Assembly (NCBI RefSeq): GCF_009914755.1
Contig: NC_060931.1
Strand: one strand, 5' to 3'
Source of the DNA: the human T2T-CHM13v2.0 reference genome, Homo sapiens
Length of the DNA: 64,000 nucleotides
In this document: in pieces, positions 18,003 through 40,689 of the stretch
Layout of the letters: each line of letters opens with the position of its first letter
How positions within the stretch are numbered: the first letter of the stretch is position 1
The notes under the pieces: model-generated
What the model saw: the letters and a program-made list of their open reading frames with translations, nothing else
Told to the model about the DNA's origin: nothing
Databases searched by the model: none
Made by a program: the position numbers and the translations under genes

Positions 18003-18931
18003 AACAACACCATCTGAGCAGACTAAACCCTCAGGTGACACATGAGCAAACGCCTGCCCTGGCTGTCCTCCCTGGGCCTCTGGGCTGACAGCACGGCAGG
18101 GTGGCAACCACCAGGCTCAGGGCACAGAGGGGTGTGGACCAGGGGCTAGGGAGGGTCACAGCTATAGGTGGAAACGTGGACGGCTGCAGAGCCTGGGCCC
18201 TGAGCGCCATCTCCATCCATGCCCATGATGTGGACACGCCCGCTGCAGAGCTGAGATGTCCCCAGCTCATCCACTGAGTCGCCTGCCTGTGCTCTCACGG
18301 CTGGTGGGCAGAGCTGGGGCTTGTCCATGCTCTTTAGACCCACGGACCACCAGGTGCAGCCCCAAAACTGCAGCAGCATCACCTGGGGGCTGGTGAGAAA
18401 TACCAAGTCTCAAACAAACTCGGGGTAAGACCCGGAGATCAAAGTCTGAACAAACCCTCCAGGAGACCCCGATGCCTGAGTCTGAGACCACTGCTGCAGG
18501 CTGGGCAGAGACCCTCTGTCTTGTCCTTGTTTCCCCTGGACAGAAGGGCCTTTACTTCCACCCCAGAGAAACTGTTTCTGCCCCAGATCTTCAGCCTCGG
18601 ACCCAATGGGACAACCCAGCTCAGGGTCGAGCCTTACCTCCATCACGACAGCCCAGCCTTACCCTGCTCCCAGGTGCCGCCACCAGCAGCCCAGAGTATG
18701 TCAAACACCTCCAGTGGCCACCCCAGGCTGCCCCCAGGACCTCCTCTCTGTGGGACCGAGGCAGGAGGGCTTCGGCTCTCGTGGCTTTTGTGAGTGGAGA
18801 CCCATTTTCTCCTGCCTGGGACAAGTCCTGGGACCCAGTGGGGCAGGTGGCAGCCTCTTCTGGACATGACCACCTAGGCTCAGACGGCCCATCCCAGCCT
18901 GACTCCTGCGCACCCTGCCACCCCCAGTCAC

Positions 18932-19077
18932 CTGAGGAGACTAGACGAGCTGCCAGAGTGTGACCGGTCACACTCTCGGGCCGCGATGATGGCTTTCCAG
19001 GTCTTCCCACTGAGCTCGCTGGGGGTGACACCCTGCCGGAAGTACACGGCTCGGTCCTCACAGCCAATGCCCCACAC
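18932..19077 (-). CDS. TECPR1: TECPR1 exon 10, aa 346-394
   Basis: VWGIGCEDRAVYFRQGVTPSELSGKTW...SSSSLL. ctcttccag| acceptor, AG|GTGACT donor; 146 nt. Confidence 0.96.
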
Positions 19078-19444
19078 CTGGAAGAGAGAGGCTGTGTTCC
19101 GAGGAATCTGGGCGCAGGCCCGGGGGCTCTTCTCGCTTCCTAGGGGTGCAAAATGCAGGCAGGGTCCTCCATGTGCAGGTGTGTGTGGGCTGGGAAGGTC
19201 CATGCTGGGGCTGTGTGGTGGGCACAGAAGTCAAATACTGGAAGGGGGCTCAGGAGAAGCTGCGACCTGGTCCCGTCTCCCTGACCTCAGGCAGACCCAG
19301 GGTTTCAAGGTGACAAGGTCCACGGGAAGTGGCGGGGCTGGGGGACGCTGTGTTAGGAAATGAGGTTCACCTGCCTCCCTGTCTTGCGTGTGCCCTCTGG
19401 TGGGAAGCAGATGCCCCCAGTGAACCCAGAGGTGGTCCTGGTTT

Positions 19445-22990
<3,546 letters not shown>

Positions 22991-23006
22991 CTCATCCCCA
23001 TCTTAC

Positions 23007-23107
23007 CTTCCAGTCCTTGGTGACAGCCCAGACCACGCTGACTCCCACCGAGATGTGCATGACCCCGTTTTCAGATCCAGGAGGCTCCACGATGGACCAG
23101 GAACTTC
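23007..23107 (-). CDS. TECPR1: TECPR1 exon 8, aa 278-311
   Basis: (G)SSWSIVEPPGSENGVMHISVGVSVVWAVTKDWK. ggtag| acceptor, AAG|GTAAGA donor; 101 nt, phase matches exon 7. Confidence 0.94.
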
Positions 23108-23225
23108 CTACCGGGCCCCCAAGAAACCCCCAGTGGCCCCCATCAGCCTGGACAGCTGGGGAGCGAGTGACCCTCACCCTTCTCCCCAGTACAGGGTATG
23201 TGGGTGGGGGAGCCGGGCTGCCCAC

Positions 23226-23400
23226 CTTTGGGATTGCTCCTGTTGATTCCTTCCCGGACCAGGGCCTGTCCCTCCCAGAGTGTGGCCCACAGGAGGTCGT
23301 GGGGCCCACAGCTGATCTGAACCACCTCCCCGGGGGTGTCCAGCAGGGACCAGGAGGACCCTTCGGGGTTGGAGTGGCTGACGTCCTCTCTGTACCACAC
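23226..23400 (-). CDS. TECPR1: TECPR1 exon 7, aa 220-278, tectonin repeats
   Basis: VWYREDVSHSNPEGSSW...GINRSNPK-G. cctcccag| acceptor, AAG|GTGGGC donor; 175 nt. Confidence 0.96.
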
Positions 23401-24559
23401 CTGGGAGGCAAGACAGGGACACAGCACCTGCATCAACTCATTCACACCAGCCAAGCACGGGGGTCTCGGTGTGGTAGGGGGTAGGACCCATGTCCCCTGA
23501 CCGTCCAGATCTCACTCCCTGCCCCCTACCCCGGCCAAAAAACGCAAACCCTGGATTCCGGTGGTCCTGAGGGATACACTTGTTCCATTCATCTGTTTGG
23601 GGTGATGCCCCCAACCCAGCCCACTCATGGACACCCACCCACCACCTGATTCCAGTCTCAGGCATGTGGGTCTCCGGCCACTCTGGCCAGCCCGTGTGTC
23701 CCATGCCCCCTTGTGGCGATGTGCTCTCAGGACACCCGGCTCCAGGGGAGGCTCCAACTCCCATTCATAAACTATCTAAGACGTCAGTTCTTTTTTCCTT
23801 CACTGAATGGTTAAGACTGGGAGCAACGTGCTCAGAGCGTCTGAACTGTTTGGCTCATTTTAGCTGGGGGAGACTACATGTCACTTCGTGATCCAGAAAG
23901 GGCAAGGGACCCTCCCCATAGGGCTGTCTTCAGACAGGGGACCCAGCCTCCCAATCCTGCCACCATCCCCCTACAGCAGGCCCTGCAGGACCAGGCCTAG
24001 GAGCCTCCCTTCGGCTAGCAGGTGGCCCATCTGTCTCCCCAGCTTCTACAGAAGCCCAGGTCCTGGTGCCACCTCTCATGGACCACAGGTGTGGTGCAGG
24101 CAGCACCAGCTCACGGCCGACATTCCAGGACACAAACGCTGCTCTGCAGCCCCTGTTCTCCCCTCTCTCTCTTTGCATCCAGATGGCCATGGCCCCCCGA
24201 TGGGGGCTCAGTCCTGGGGCAGCTCCCTCACTCTGCCCGGCCCCTCGCCACCGCCCTTCAGCAGGGCTGAGGAAGCAACTGTGTTCGCCTGTTCCCAGGC
24301 CAACGTGGCCGCAGAGGGGGGCTGCGACAAAACTGGCAACTTCTGAATAACTGCTAAGCCCACTGGGGAGCTGTGGTCAATGCGTGGTGAGAGCGACTGA
24401 AGAATCCTGCTGTGCAACAGAAAGCCATGACTCGAGTGTCAGCGCCCTGAGTTCAGGACCCTCGGGGCCTCTGCTGCCCTCAGGGGCTGCTTCGATTCCT
24501 CTGCTTAGTTCACAAACTCCTTGAGACAGGATTGCCTCTCTCTAAACAGCCACAGATCC

Positions 24560-25910
24560 ACTACCCACCTACCCACCCACCCATCCATCCATCCATCCAC
24601 ACATCTGTCCACCTGCACACACCTTCCATCCATCCACACATATAACCACCTATCCATCTATCCATACACCCACTCACCCACTCACCCACCCACCTACACA
24701 CCCATCCATCCATCCACACACCCACCCACCCATCCATCCACCCATCTATCCATCCATCCGCACACCCACCCATCTGTCCATCTGCACATACCTTCCATTC
24801 ATCCACACATATACCCACCTATCCATCTATCCATACACCCACTCACCCACTCACCCACCCACCCACACAGCCATCCATCCATGCACACACCCATCCATCC
24901 ATCTACACACCCACCCACCCATCCACCCACCCACCCATCCATCCATCCATCCACCCATCCATCCATCCGCACACCCACCCATCTGTCCATCTGTACATAC
25001 CTTCCATTCATCCACACATATACCCACCTATCCATCTACCCATACACCCACCCACCCACTCACCCACCCATCCACACACCCATCCGCCCATCCACACACC
25101 CACCCACCCATCCATCCACACATCCACCCACACCCATCCATCCATCCACCCACCCATCCATCCATCCATCCATCCATCCATCCATCCATCCGCACACCCA
25201 CCCATCTGTCCATCTGCACACACCTTCCATCCATCCACACATATACCCACCTATCCATCTACCCATGCACTCACCCACCCACTCACTCACCCATCCACAC
25301 ACCCACCCACACACCCATCCATCCACACACCCACCCACCCATCCATCCACACATCCACCCACACATCCATCCATCCACCCATCCATACATCCATCTGCAC
25401 AACCACCCATCTGTCCATCTGCACATACCTTCCATTCATCCACACATACACCCACCCACCCACTCACCCACCCATCCACACACCCATCCACCCATCCACA
25501 CACCCACCCACCCATCCATCCACACATCCACCCACACACCCATCCATCCATCCATCCGCACACCCACCCATCTGTCCATCTGCACACACCTTCCATCCAT
25601 CCACACATATACCCACCTATCCATCTACCCATGCACCCACCCACCCACCCACTCACCCATCCACACACCCACCCACACACCCATCCATCCACACAAACAC
25701 CCACCCATCCATCCATCCACCCATCCATCCATCCATCTGCCCACACACCCACCCATCCACCCATCCATCCACACACCCACCTATCCATCCTTCTGCCCAC
25801 ACACCACCCATCCACCCATCCATCCACACACCCACCTATCCATCCTTCTGCCCACACACCACCCATCCGTCCAGTGGCACACCTTCTGTCACCCACACAC
25901 CCACCCCCAC
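24560..25910. repeat. Complex (CCAT/CCAC)n low-complexity array with a ~160-225 bp higher-order unit
   Basis: The + strand is nearly G-free; anchor catctgtccatctgcaca recurs near 24602, 24771, 24980, 25203, 25408 and 25569. Confidence 0.93.
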
Positions 25911-26164
25911 ACTATTCCTGAAGACTGTGGGAGGCACCAGCAGGGAGCTCAGAAACTGTCTTGAGGAGGCCGCATTGATGTGCCTGAGCTGAGGCTGGGC
26001 ACTGATCAGCACGCTGGGGGCTCGGAGGAGAGAAAGGCCAGGAGCAGGCATGGGGTGGGGGGGCCGGGGCTCCGGGGAGGAGCAAGACCCAGGGGGTGCA
26101 CAGGACAGGACCCACAGGAGGTGGGATCGTGGGGAGCCAGGGCAGGGAGAGGGGTTGGCCTTAC

Positions 26165-26290
26165 CTTGCCCTGCAGAGACACAGCCCACACTGACAGGCG
26201 GCCCACAGGCTCCTCCGTGATCTCCCAGCCCCCTACAGAGAGGTCGTTGAAGGGGTCGGGCAGCTCCTTGGGGTCATCCTTCGAGGGGAT
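26165..26290 (-). CDS. TECPR1: TECPR1 exon 6, aa 178-219
   Basis: IPSKDDPKELPDPFNDLSVGGWEITEEPVGRLSVWAVSLQGK. cttccttcag| acceptor, AAG|GTAAGG donor; 126 nt. Confidence 0.96.
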
Positions 26291-26607
26291 CTGAAGGAAG
26301 GAAGTGAGAAATGGTAGCAGTCAGCGCCCAGTGGGCACCTGGGCATGCACCCACCTCCCGCCCGCCTGCCATCCGGACTTCCATTCTTCAGCCCAGCCTG
26401 CAGCTGCCTTAATTCACAGGGAAGGCAGCATCAGGACTGTGGGGGCCCCTGCCCGGCTAATTTTTGTATTTTCAGTAGAGACGTGGTTTCACCATGTTGG
26501 CCAGGCTGTTCTCAAACTCCCGGCCTCAAGTGATCCACCTGCCTTGGCTTCTCAAGTGCTAGGATTACAGGCATGAGCCATCACACCCAGCCTCTACAAA
26601 AAATTTA

Positions 26608-26727
<120 letters not shown>

Positions 26728-27269
26728 TCAACAGAGTGCAACAGAGCGAGACCCTATCTCTAAAAAGAAAAAAAAATAGGGCCAGCTCCCTGGTCTCCTG
26801 GCTTCTCCCAGTCCCAGGGGCAGCCCCACCTGACAGCCCTGTATGTCCCAGGGAAGGCCTCCACTCATTGGAGGCCACGCCAAGACCTGGGTCCAGTGCT
26901 GTGCTCCCTAAGCTGGGAGGTTCTTCTGGGTCATGGAGCAACGCTAGAGCCAGAGGTGCCTCCCTTGGCTGAGGGGGAGGACAAAGTGCCAGATGGAGGC
27001 TCAGTCTGGGACAGAGCAGCTTGGACACCAGGGTCAGGGCAAGTTCTGTGCTGTCCTGGGCCTGGCCTGGCTCCCTGTGTGACTATCTCCCAAGTGAAGG
27101 GACACGCAGTGTCGTGGTGTTCCCGGGACAGGAAACAGCTCAAAGGCCAGGTCCCGAGGTGGGCGTGGTGTCCCCTGGTGCACACAGGTGGGGAAGGTGG
27201 AGAGGAGGCTGCATGTGACACTCTGTCCTGGCCCTATCCTGCCCCCAACCCACATTCAGGAACAGAGAC

Positions 27270-27392
27270 CTTGGCCCAGATGTCCCGGGACTTGTATCTC
27301 CTGTACCGGATCCACTTCCGGCGCCGCACACAAGAATTCCACTTCTTGTCTTTCGTGTAGGTGGCGGGAAAGTCGATGGCGTACGTCCACCC
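27270..27392 (-). CDS. TECPR1: TECPR1 exon 5, aa 137-177, N-terminal DysF second half (contains W154)
   Basis: GWTYAIDFPATYTKDKKWNSCVRRRKWIRYRRYKSRDIWAK. tttcag| acceptor, AAG|GTCTCT donor; 123 nt. Confidence 0.95.
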
Positions 27393-27583
27393 CTGAAACA
27401 CCAAGGAAGGGGCTCTCAGGCTCTGCGGGGAAGGCATTTGAAGAGCTGGGGAAGGTGGGGAGGGAGGGTGTGGCCTGAAACACCCGAGCTCAGGCACCAC
27501 AGGGTGCAGGGGACAGAAGCAGGGACAGGAGGGAGGCACCCCCTCCCCACAGGGCAGTCATGGAGGGTCCCAAGTTCACCTAC

Positions 27584-27766
27584 CCCTTTCTCAGTGGGTT
27601 CACCTCCAAAATTCTCATCCACGTACCAGTCAGACTCCCACTCCCAGTGCGGCGAGGGCAGTGCCACCCTGTCCAGCGGCCGGTGCTGGAGCCCACTCAC
27701 GTCACTCCACCCCCAGCGGTCACTCAGCAGGAGCTTCTCACAGAAGCCGCCCATGGGATTCCAGCG
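27584..27766 (-). CDS. TECPR1: TECPR1 exon 4, aa 76-136, N-terminal DysF domain first half
   Basis: RWNPMGGFCEKLLLSDRWGWSD...WESDWYVDENFGGEPTEKG. tcag| acceptor, GGG|GTAGGT donor; 183 nt, phase 0-0. Confidence 0.96.
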
Positions 27767-28184
27767 CTGAGGGCCGGGGACACAGAGGCGGCCTTGGACC
27801 CAAGCCTGCTGGGCGGGAACCCAGGCGGGCCAGGCATCTCCAGGACCAGCTGACCCTGCCCAGCCGACCCCCTCATTGATCTCCAGAATAGGAAGTGAGC
27901 AGAGGGCCTGTGTGGGACCCAGCAACTGGGGACCCCCATGCCACTTCATCATGAGCCAGCAAGTACATCAGCACAGCCCCAAAGGGCAAAGAACCTCCTG
28001 CCAGCCACGGCACTGTGAGCAGGGCAGGCGGTGGAGGGCACACCTTGTCCTAGGCTCCCAGAAACCACTGGAGCCTGCCTTCGTGGGGACCTGGCCAGAC
28101 TGCTTTGGTGAGGACACAATAGTGGCTTCAGCCTCAAAGACCCTGGATACTATGCAACTTGAATTTTTTTTGGAGGGGCGGGGT

Positions 28185-33487
<5,303 letters not shown>

Positions 33488-34094
33488 CTAATTTCCTCAT
33501 AGACATCATTGAATCTTCTGGGCAGTTAATGGGAGAAGACTCTGCTACAGTGAAAGGGAGGGGTGGGGGGTTGCTGTATTTACAAACTCCCTTCAGAGTA
33601 GAGACCCAGGCACCTGTCGTCACTTCCTAGCTACAGTTGACATCCGGTAACCATCCTTGGTCAGCCACACTTTCTTTCTGCCTCTGCCAAGAGGCTCCCC
33701 CTAGCTCCTCATGGGCCACTTTCTGGCTGTGAGCTGATCAGGCAACTTACACAGGGTCACTGGGTCAGAGGACTCTTGAAAGGGGGGTTGGAACATGAAG
33801 CCCCATGATTCAGGGATCCTGGGACTTGTTTGTTTTGTAGGGTTAGAGGGATGGAGGAAAATCTTCCAAATCAGCAGCCTCGAATTCACCAAGAATTTCT
33901 ACAAGATGAATTTGAGTTGAACCTTCAGTCTTTCCACGAAGAAGGTCTGCTCGCCACCCTCAAAGCCATCTGCCTTTCTGTCTCAGTTTATTCACAGATC
34001 CTTTCAGAGACCAAAAAAAGCACCCAAGAGAGGCGGGGACAGAGATGTGGTAGAGGAAAAGACACAGTACAAAGAACGCTCCGCAAGCACTTAC

Positions 34095-34249
34095 TTCCTC
34101 TGAGCCTTAGGAGTCCTACCTAAAAGGTTTCTTGCTTGTTTTTCTATTACACTGTCACTCCCATCCGGTATGCAAACAGTCGGCAATGCCTACTACAGTA
34201 GCTCGCTGGCTGCCAGGTGCAGGGGCTGTTCAAAAGCGACATCAGGGTC
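34095..34249 (-). other. TECPR1: Probable TECPR1 5'UTR exon 2 (acceptor position uncertain)
   Basis: Strong donor GAA|GTAAGT at 34094. Best acceptor is ctttttcccaccttttag at 34250; other AGs lie nearer the donor. Confidence 0.55.
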
Positions 34250-34519
34250 CTAAAAGGTGGGAAAAAGCAGCAGAACTTGCATGGTAGTTGATTCTTTCCT
34301 GAAGAATAGGGTCCGCCCAGCCCCACCGGGCAGGAGGTGTCCTGAGTCAGCCTGGCGTTCAGCCCAGTGCTGTGCACTTGGGTGACAGGTGGGGCCCCTG
34401 CACTGCCACCAGTAGCATATGTCGGAGCTCTGGGCCCTGACCATCTGCCAAAGCTAATCTTACGACAAGCAGATTTGCTCCCATCAATACCCAGGGAGAG
34501 GGATAGGCAGGCCCCTTGC

Positions 34520-35340
34520 TGCGTGATTCTCGAAAACAACCAGGATCCCGCGATCCGCTTCTCCTATGGCTCCAGTCCAAAGGCTGGAATGGGGGCGTCA
34601 CCTGCACCAGGCAACTTCGCTAGCCTGTGGGCGTTCCAGGGCAGGGGACGGGGGCGGCACCTTCCAGGTGTGCAGGCGAGATGACAAGTGCGGTCCCTCC
34701 TTCCTCCCTCCCCGCGAGCAAACAGCCTGGGGGTGGTGGGGAAGGCGGCGTGCCCAGCCCTTCATCGCCCCATTCTTTCCCACGGCCCTGGCCGCCGCTG
34801 CAGCTGGGGCGCCACTCTGCACTCACCTGGGCCCGCGCCGGGCGGGGCGAAGTCGCGGTGGTAGGTCCTCGGCGTCCGGGAGGAGCGGACCGGCCCTCCC
34901 GGGGACCGGGCAAGAGGGTGGGCCGGAAGCGGCATCAGGCCCCGTGCCCATTGGCCAGCCTCGCCAGGACGCTGCGACCTGGGACGTGCGATTGGCTGCG
35001 GTGCGCCGCGTCGGTGCTGGCTTCGAGGTCGCGCGCCCGCCCACTTCCGGGGTCGCGCCAGGTCAGGAGTCCAGAGTCGGCTGAAGCGAGTTGCCGCGTT
35101 CTCTCTGGCGGCGCGACACCGGCCCGTGGACCGCCCGGCCGCCCTCCAGGACCCGGTCTGCAGGAGCGGAGAGGGCGGTGTGGACACCGCCTGCAGGCGA
35201 GGAGAAGGGGTGGCGGAGAGGGTACCTGGGTGCGTGGCTGTGCGGCGTCAGGAGGAGCAGGGTGTGGGCGCCCGGCCTGGGGCGTGGAGAGGACGCAGGG
35301 AACAGGTGTCTTCCTGGTATCCATCGAACTGAAACGTAGC
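34520..35340. promoter_or_regulatory. CpG-island promoter of TECPR1, TATA-less, possibly bidirectional
   Basis: Dense CpG. ETS/GABP cores CCGGAAG 34923-34929 and ACTTCCGG 35043-35050; two minus-strand CCAAT boxes (ATTGG 34950-34954 and 34991-34995); GC boxes. Confidence 0.85.
34827..34935 (-). other. TECPR1: Probable TECPR1 non-coding exon 1 (TSS approximate)
   Basis: Consensus donor CAG|GTGAGT at 34826 inside the CpG island, just downstream of ETS and CCAAT motifs. Confidence 0.7.
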
Positions 35341-36542
35341 CCTTGAGCACACACTACACTTAAAGCTTTACTCTTTCGAGGAGGAGTCCTGGAAGCATAT
35401 GTGATTTTGTGACTATAGCATGGTGTGGTGTCAGTAACAGGCCCTGGATTGCTCAAACTCTATTGTCAGTGACAAAACCCAGTGTAAGCTGGCCTAATAT
35501 ATTAATAGTAATATGCGAGTCCTCCCGGGGTGGCGGGCACTGACGTAAGTGCTTTACTTGGGTCTTCTCATTTCATCCTCCCAGCAACCCAAAGAGCTGG
35601 CGGCGTCATTCCCATTTTACAAATGCGAACACGGGCTCAGAGATGGAGCGACTCACGTTGTAAGCGATGGAACTGGGATTTGAAAACACTGTATCCCGCC
35701 TGGCAGAAAACTGGCAAGGTTAGGATGGAGAAAGGAGAAAAAAGAAAGATGTCGGCCAGGTGCGGCGGTTCATACCTGTAATCCCAGCACTTTGGGAGGC
35801 CAAGGCGGGCGGATCACTTGAGGTCAGGGGTTTGAGACCAGCCTGGCCAAGATGGTGAAACCCCGTCTCTAGTAAAAATGCAAAATTAGCCAGGGGTGGT
35901 GGCGCATGCCTGTAATCTCAGCTACTCGGGAGACTGAGGCAGGAAAATCGCTTGAACTGGGGAGGTGGAGGTTGCAGTGAGCTGAGATCGTGCCACTGTG
36001 CCACCGCACTACAGCCTGGGCGACAAGAGCAAAACTCCTTCTCAAAAAAGAAAAAAAAGGGCATCTGATGGAAGGCTAGATACTACCCGACATTGAGCTA
36101 AACCAATGTCACCTGGTTGGACCTAGGGACCTATTCCTGCTCCCCCTCTAGTTCTGTCTCATTTCTGGGGTTGCACACAGGCTTTTCCTGGGCCTTCATG
36201 TTTGGGGAAGCCCCACACAGGCCAGCTCCAGTGGAAGAAAACGCCCCCAGAAGCCTCTTGTTCACCCCAGATGGCTCTGCGGAGTCCTGTGTCTGACCCT
36301 GACTTTAGCTTGGGCCTGAGGGACTGGCATTTGTGGACTTGGTCTGGAGATGTGGGCAGAGCCCCCCTCAAGCATAAGGGCTCAGCCAGGCACAGGGGGT
36401 GGCTCCTCAGAGGAAGATCAGGGTGCTATTAGCAGAAGGACGATGAGTGGGCCGGGCACAGTGGTTCACGCCTGTAATCCCAGCCCTTTGGGAGGCCGAG
36501 GCGGGTGGATCATGAGGTCAGGAGATGAGACCATCCTGGCTA

Positions 36543-36842
<300 letters not shown>

Positions 36843-36911
36843 TTATCCCCTCTTTAGCTTTAGTTTCCACATTAAAAGAGGCATTGAAAAAAAATGAAAA
36901 AGAGGCATTGA

Positions 36912-37148
<237 letters not shown>

Positions 37149-37334
37149 TGAGTAGCTGGGACTACAGGTGTGTGCCACCACGCCAGGCTAATTTTTTTAT
37201 TTTTAGTAGAGACAGGATCTCACCATGTTGGCCAGGCTGGTCTTGAACTCCTGACCTCAGGTAATCCACCCATCTCAGCCTCCCAAAGTGCTGGGATTAT
37301 AGGCGTGAGCCAGCATGCCCGGCCAAAAGTTTGC

Positions 37335-37779
37335 TTTCTTTTGAGTCTGTGATCAGCCTTTCACTGAATACACAATTTACATGTGAGAGTGGGTAGAGGA
37401 ATAGTCACATATGCCTTACTCACTGTCTGGCTCAGTGAATCTGCATTTTGTATAAACAATAGGACAGAGGAAGAAATCACATATGCATTTGTCTTCAGTG
37501 AGCGGAGGGCTGACTTTCTGCATTGTACCTGTGAAGATAAGCTATCAATTTACATTGCCAGGGAAAATTCATCAGAACTGTTTTAGGGCAAAGATCTTGA
37601 GGCCCGAAAGGAATTTGCTTGTGGAGAAATTGTGAGGGGGGTATGTAGCTCTTTTGAACTTTCTAGCTATCTTATTGAAGAATAAAACGGGAGGCAGGTT
37701 TGTCTGATGCGACCCTCAGCTTGACTTTTCTCTTTGGCGTAGTGATCTTGGGGTCCCGAGATTTATTTTCCTTTCACAG
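37335..37779 (-). mobile_element. MER4-family ERV1 LTR fragment
   Basis: Reverse complement begins tgtgaaaggaaaataaatctcgggacccc, matching the recalled MER4A-type 5' end. Confidence 0.75.
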
Positions 37780-37815
37780 TAGGATACGTTGATCAGGTCA
37801 GTGCCACAGTACAAG

Positions 37816-39108
<1,293 letters not shown>

Positions 39109-40089
39109 AGGATCAGGAGTAGACAAAGAAAAGTCCAGGTCCCTGGCTCAACAGAATCTACTCTCCAGCAAACAAGATAAAACTTGCTATCTCCCTTTAA
39201 TTGAAGTCCCTAATGTTTAATGGAAGTCCCAGTAGGCATCCATATGGTCTCTGTATTTACCAGCGGCTGGAAGCTCGCTTTGTACGTTACTCTGCACAAC
39301 ACCACATGACTGCTCCTGACAGTAATTTGAGGAGCTTCTGGTGATGGTAAACTTGCACAGTATGTTCAAAACCAACCTACAATCTGTGTTACGCCTGTAT
39401 GTTTCACAAGGAACATGTCTGTATATTTCGACTCCAGAAATATAATTTGTCAAACCAATTATCGTACCTAAAATGTCTTGTGCTGTGTTTTATAATAATT
39501 TACGCAAATGAGTTTCATTTCATGTAATTAACCTATTCCAGTGTGATGTTTCTCACCCCAACTTTGCCAGCTCTCTTTCCAGCACAGAAACAGATTCCGC
39601 TAACCATCGCCAAAGGCAGGACCTGTGAACAGCTGAAGCATCTCCTGGTCTCTGCTCTGCTGAGCCTTCCATAGCAAATCCCAGGCAGACAGGGTCCTGA
39701 GGATTGATGGCACCTGAGCAGCAGTTGTGACCTTCCGCAACATTCTCTTATGCCTCTCTGAAAGCCAGTAATCTCCCGGCATGATGGCTCATGCCTATAA
39801 CGTCAGAGTTTTGGAAAGCGGAGGTGGGAGGATCACTTCAGGTCAGGAGTTTGAGACCAGCCTGGGCATCAAAGTGAGCCTCTATCCCTACAAAACATTT
39901 TTTTAATTAGCCAGATGTGGTAGTGCGTGTCTGTAGTCCCAGTTACTAGGGAGGCTGAGGCAAGAGGATCGCTTAAGCCTAGGAGGTCGAAGCTGCAGCG
40001 ACCTGTGATTGCACCACTGCACTGCAGCCTAGGTGATGGAGCAAGACCCTGTCTCAAAAGAAAAAAGAAGGGCCGGGCATGGTGGCTCA

Positions 40090-40546
<457 letters not shown>

Positions 40547-40689
40547 TCATAGAGCTGAAGCTAAGATTGTGCTGTGGCCCAGCAGTGATTTAGGTGCTGT
40601 ACGTACACACCTTACCAGCATTCTCTATGTAACAACAGCCCCAGGTGTCCATCTGTAGTGGAATGCATGATCAGTGTGATGGAGTCACA

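Noticed and set aside
24521-25921. 466-aa His/Pro-rich ORF, the longest in the track, plus Trp/Gly/Met-rich antisense ORFs
   Set aside because: Translation artefact of a CCAT/CCAC array that rarely produces stop codons; non-ATG start, intronic, no promoter or splice context.
34343-34351. TGAGTCAGC AP-1/ARE-like motif in intron 1
   Set aside because: A single short motif lacking full ARE flanks; a similar motif occurs elsewhere in the window (~3897), so it cannot be distinguished from chance.
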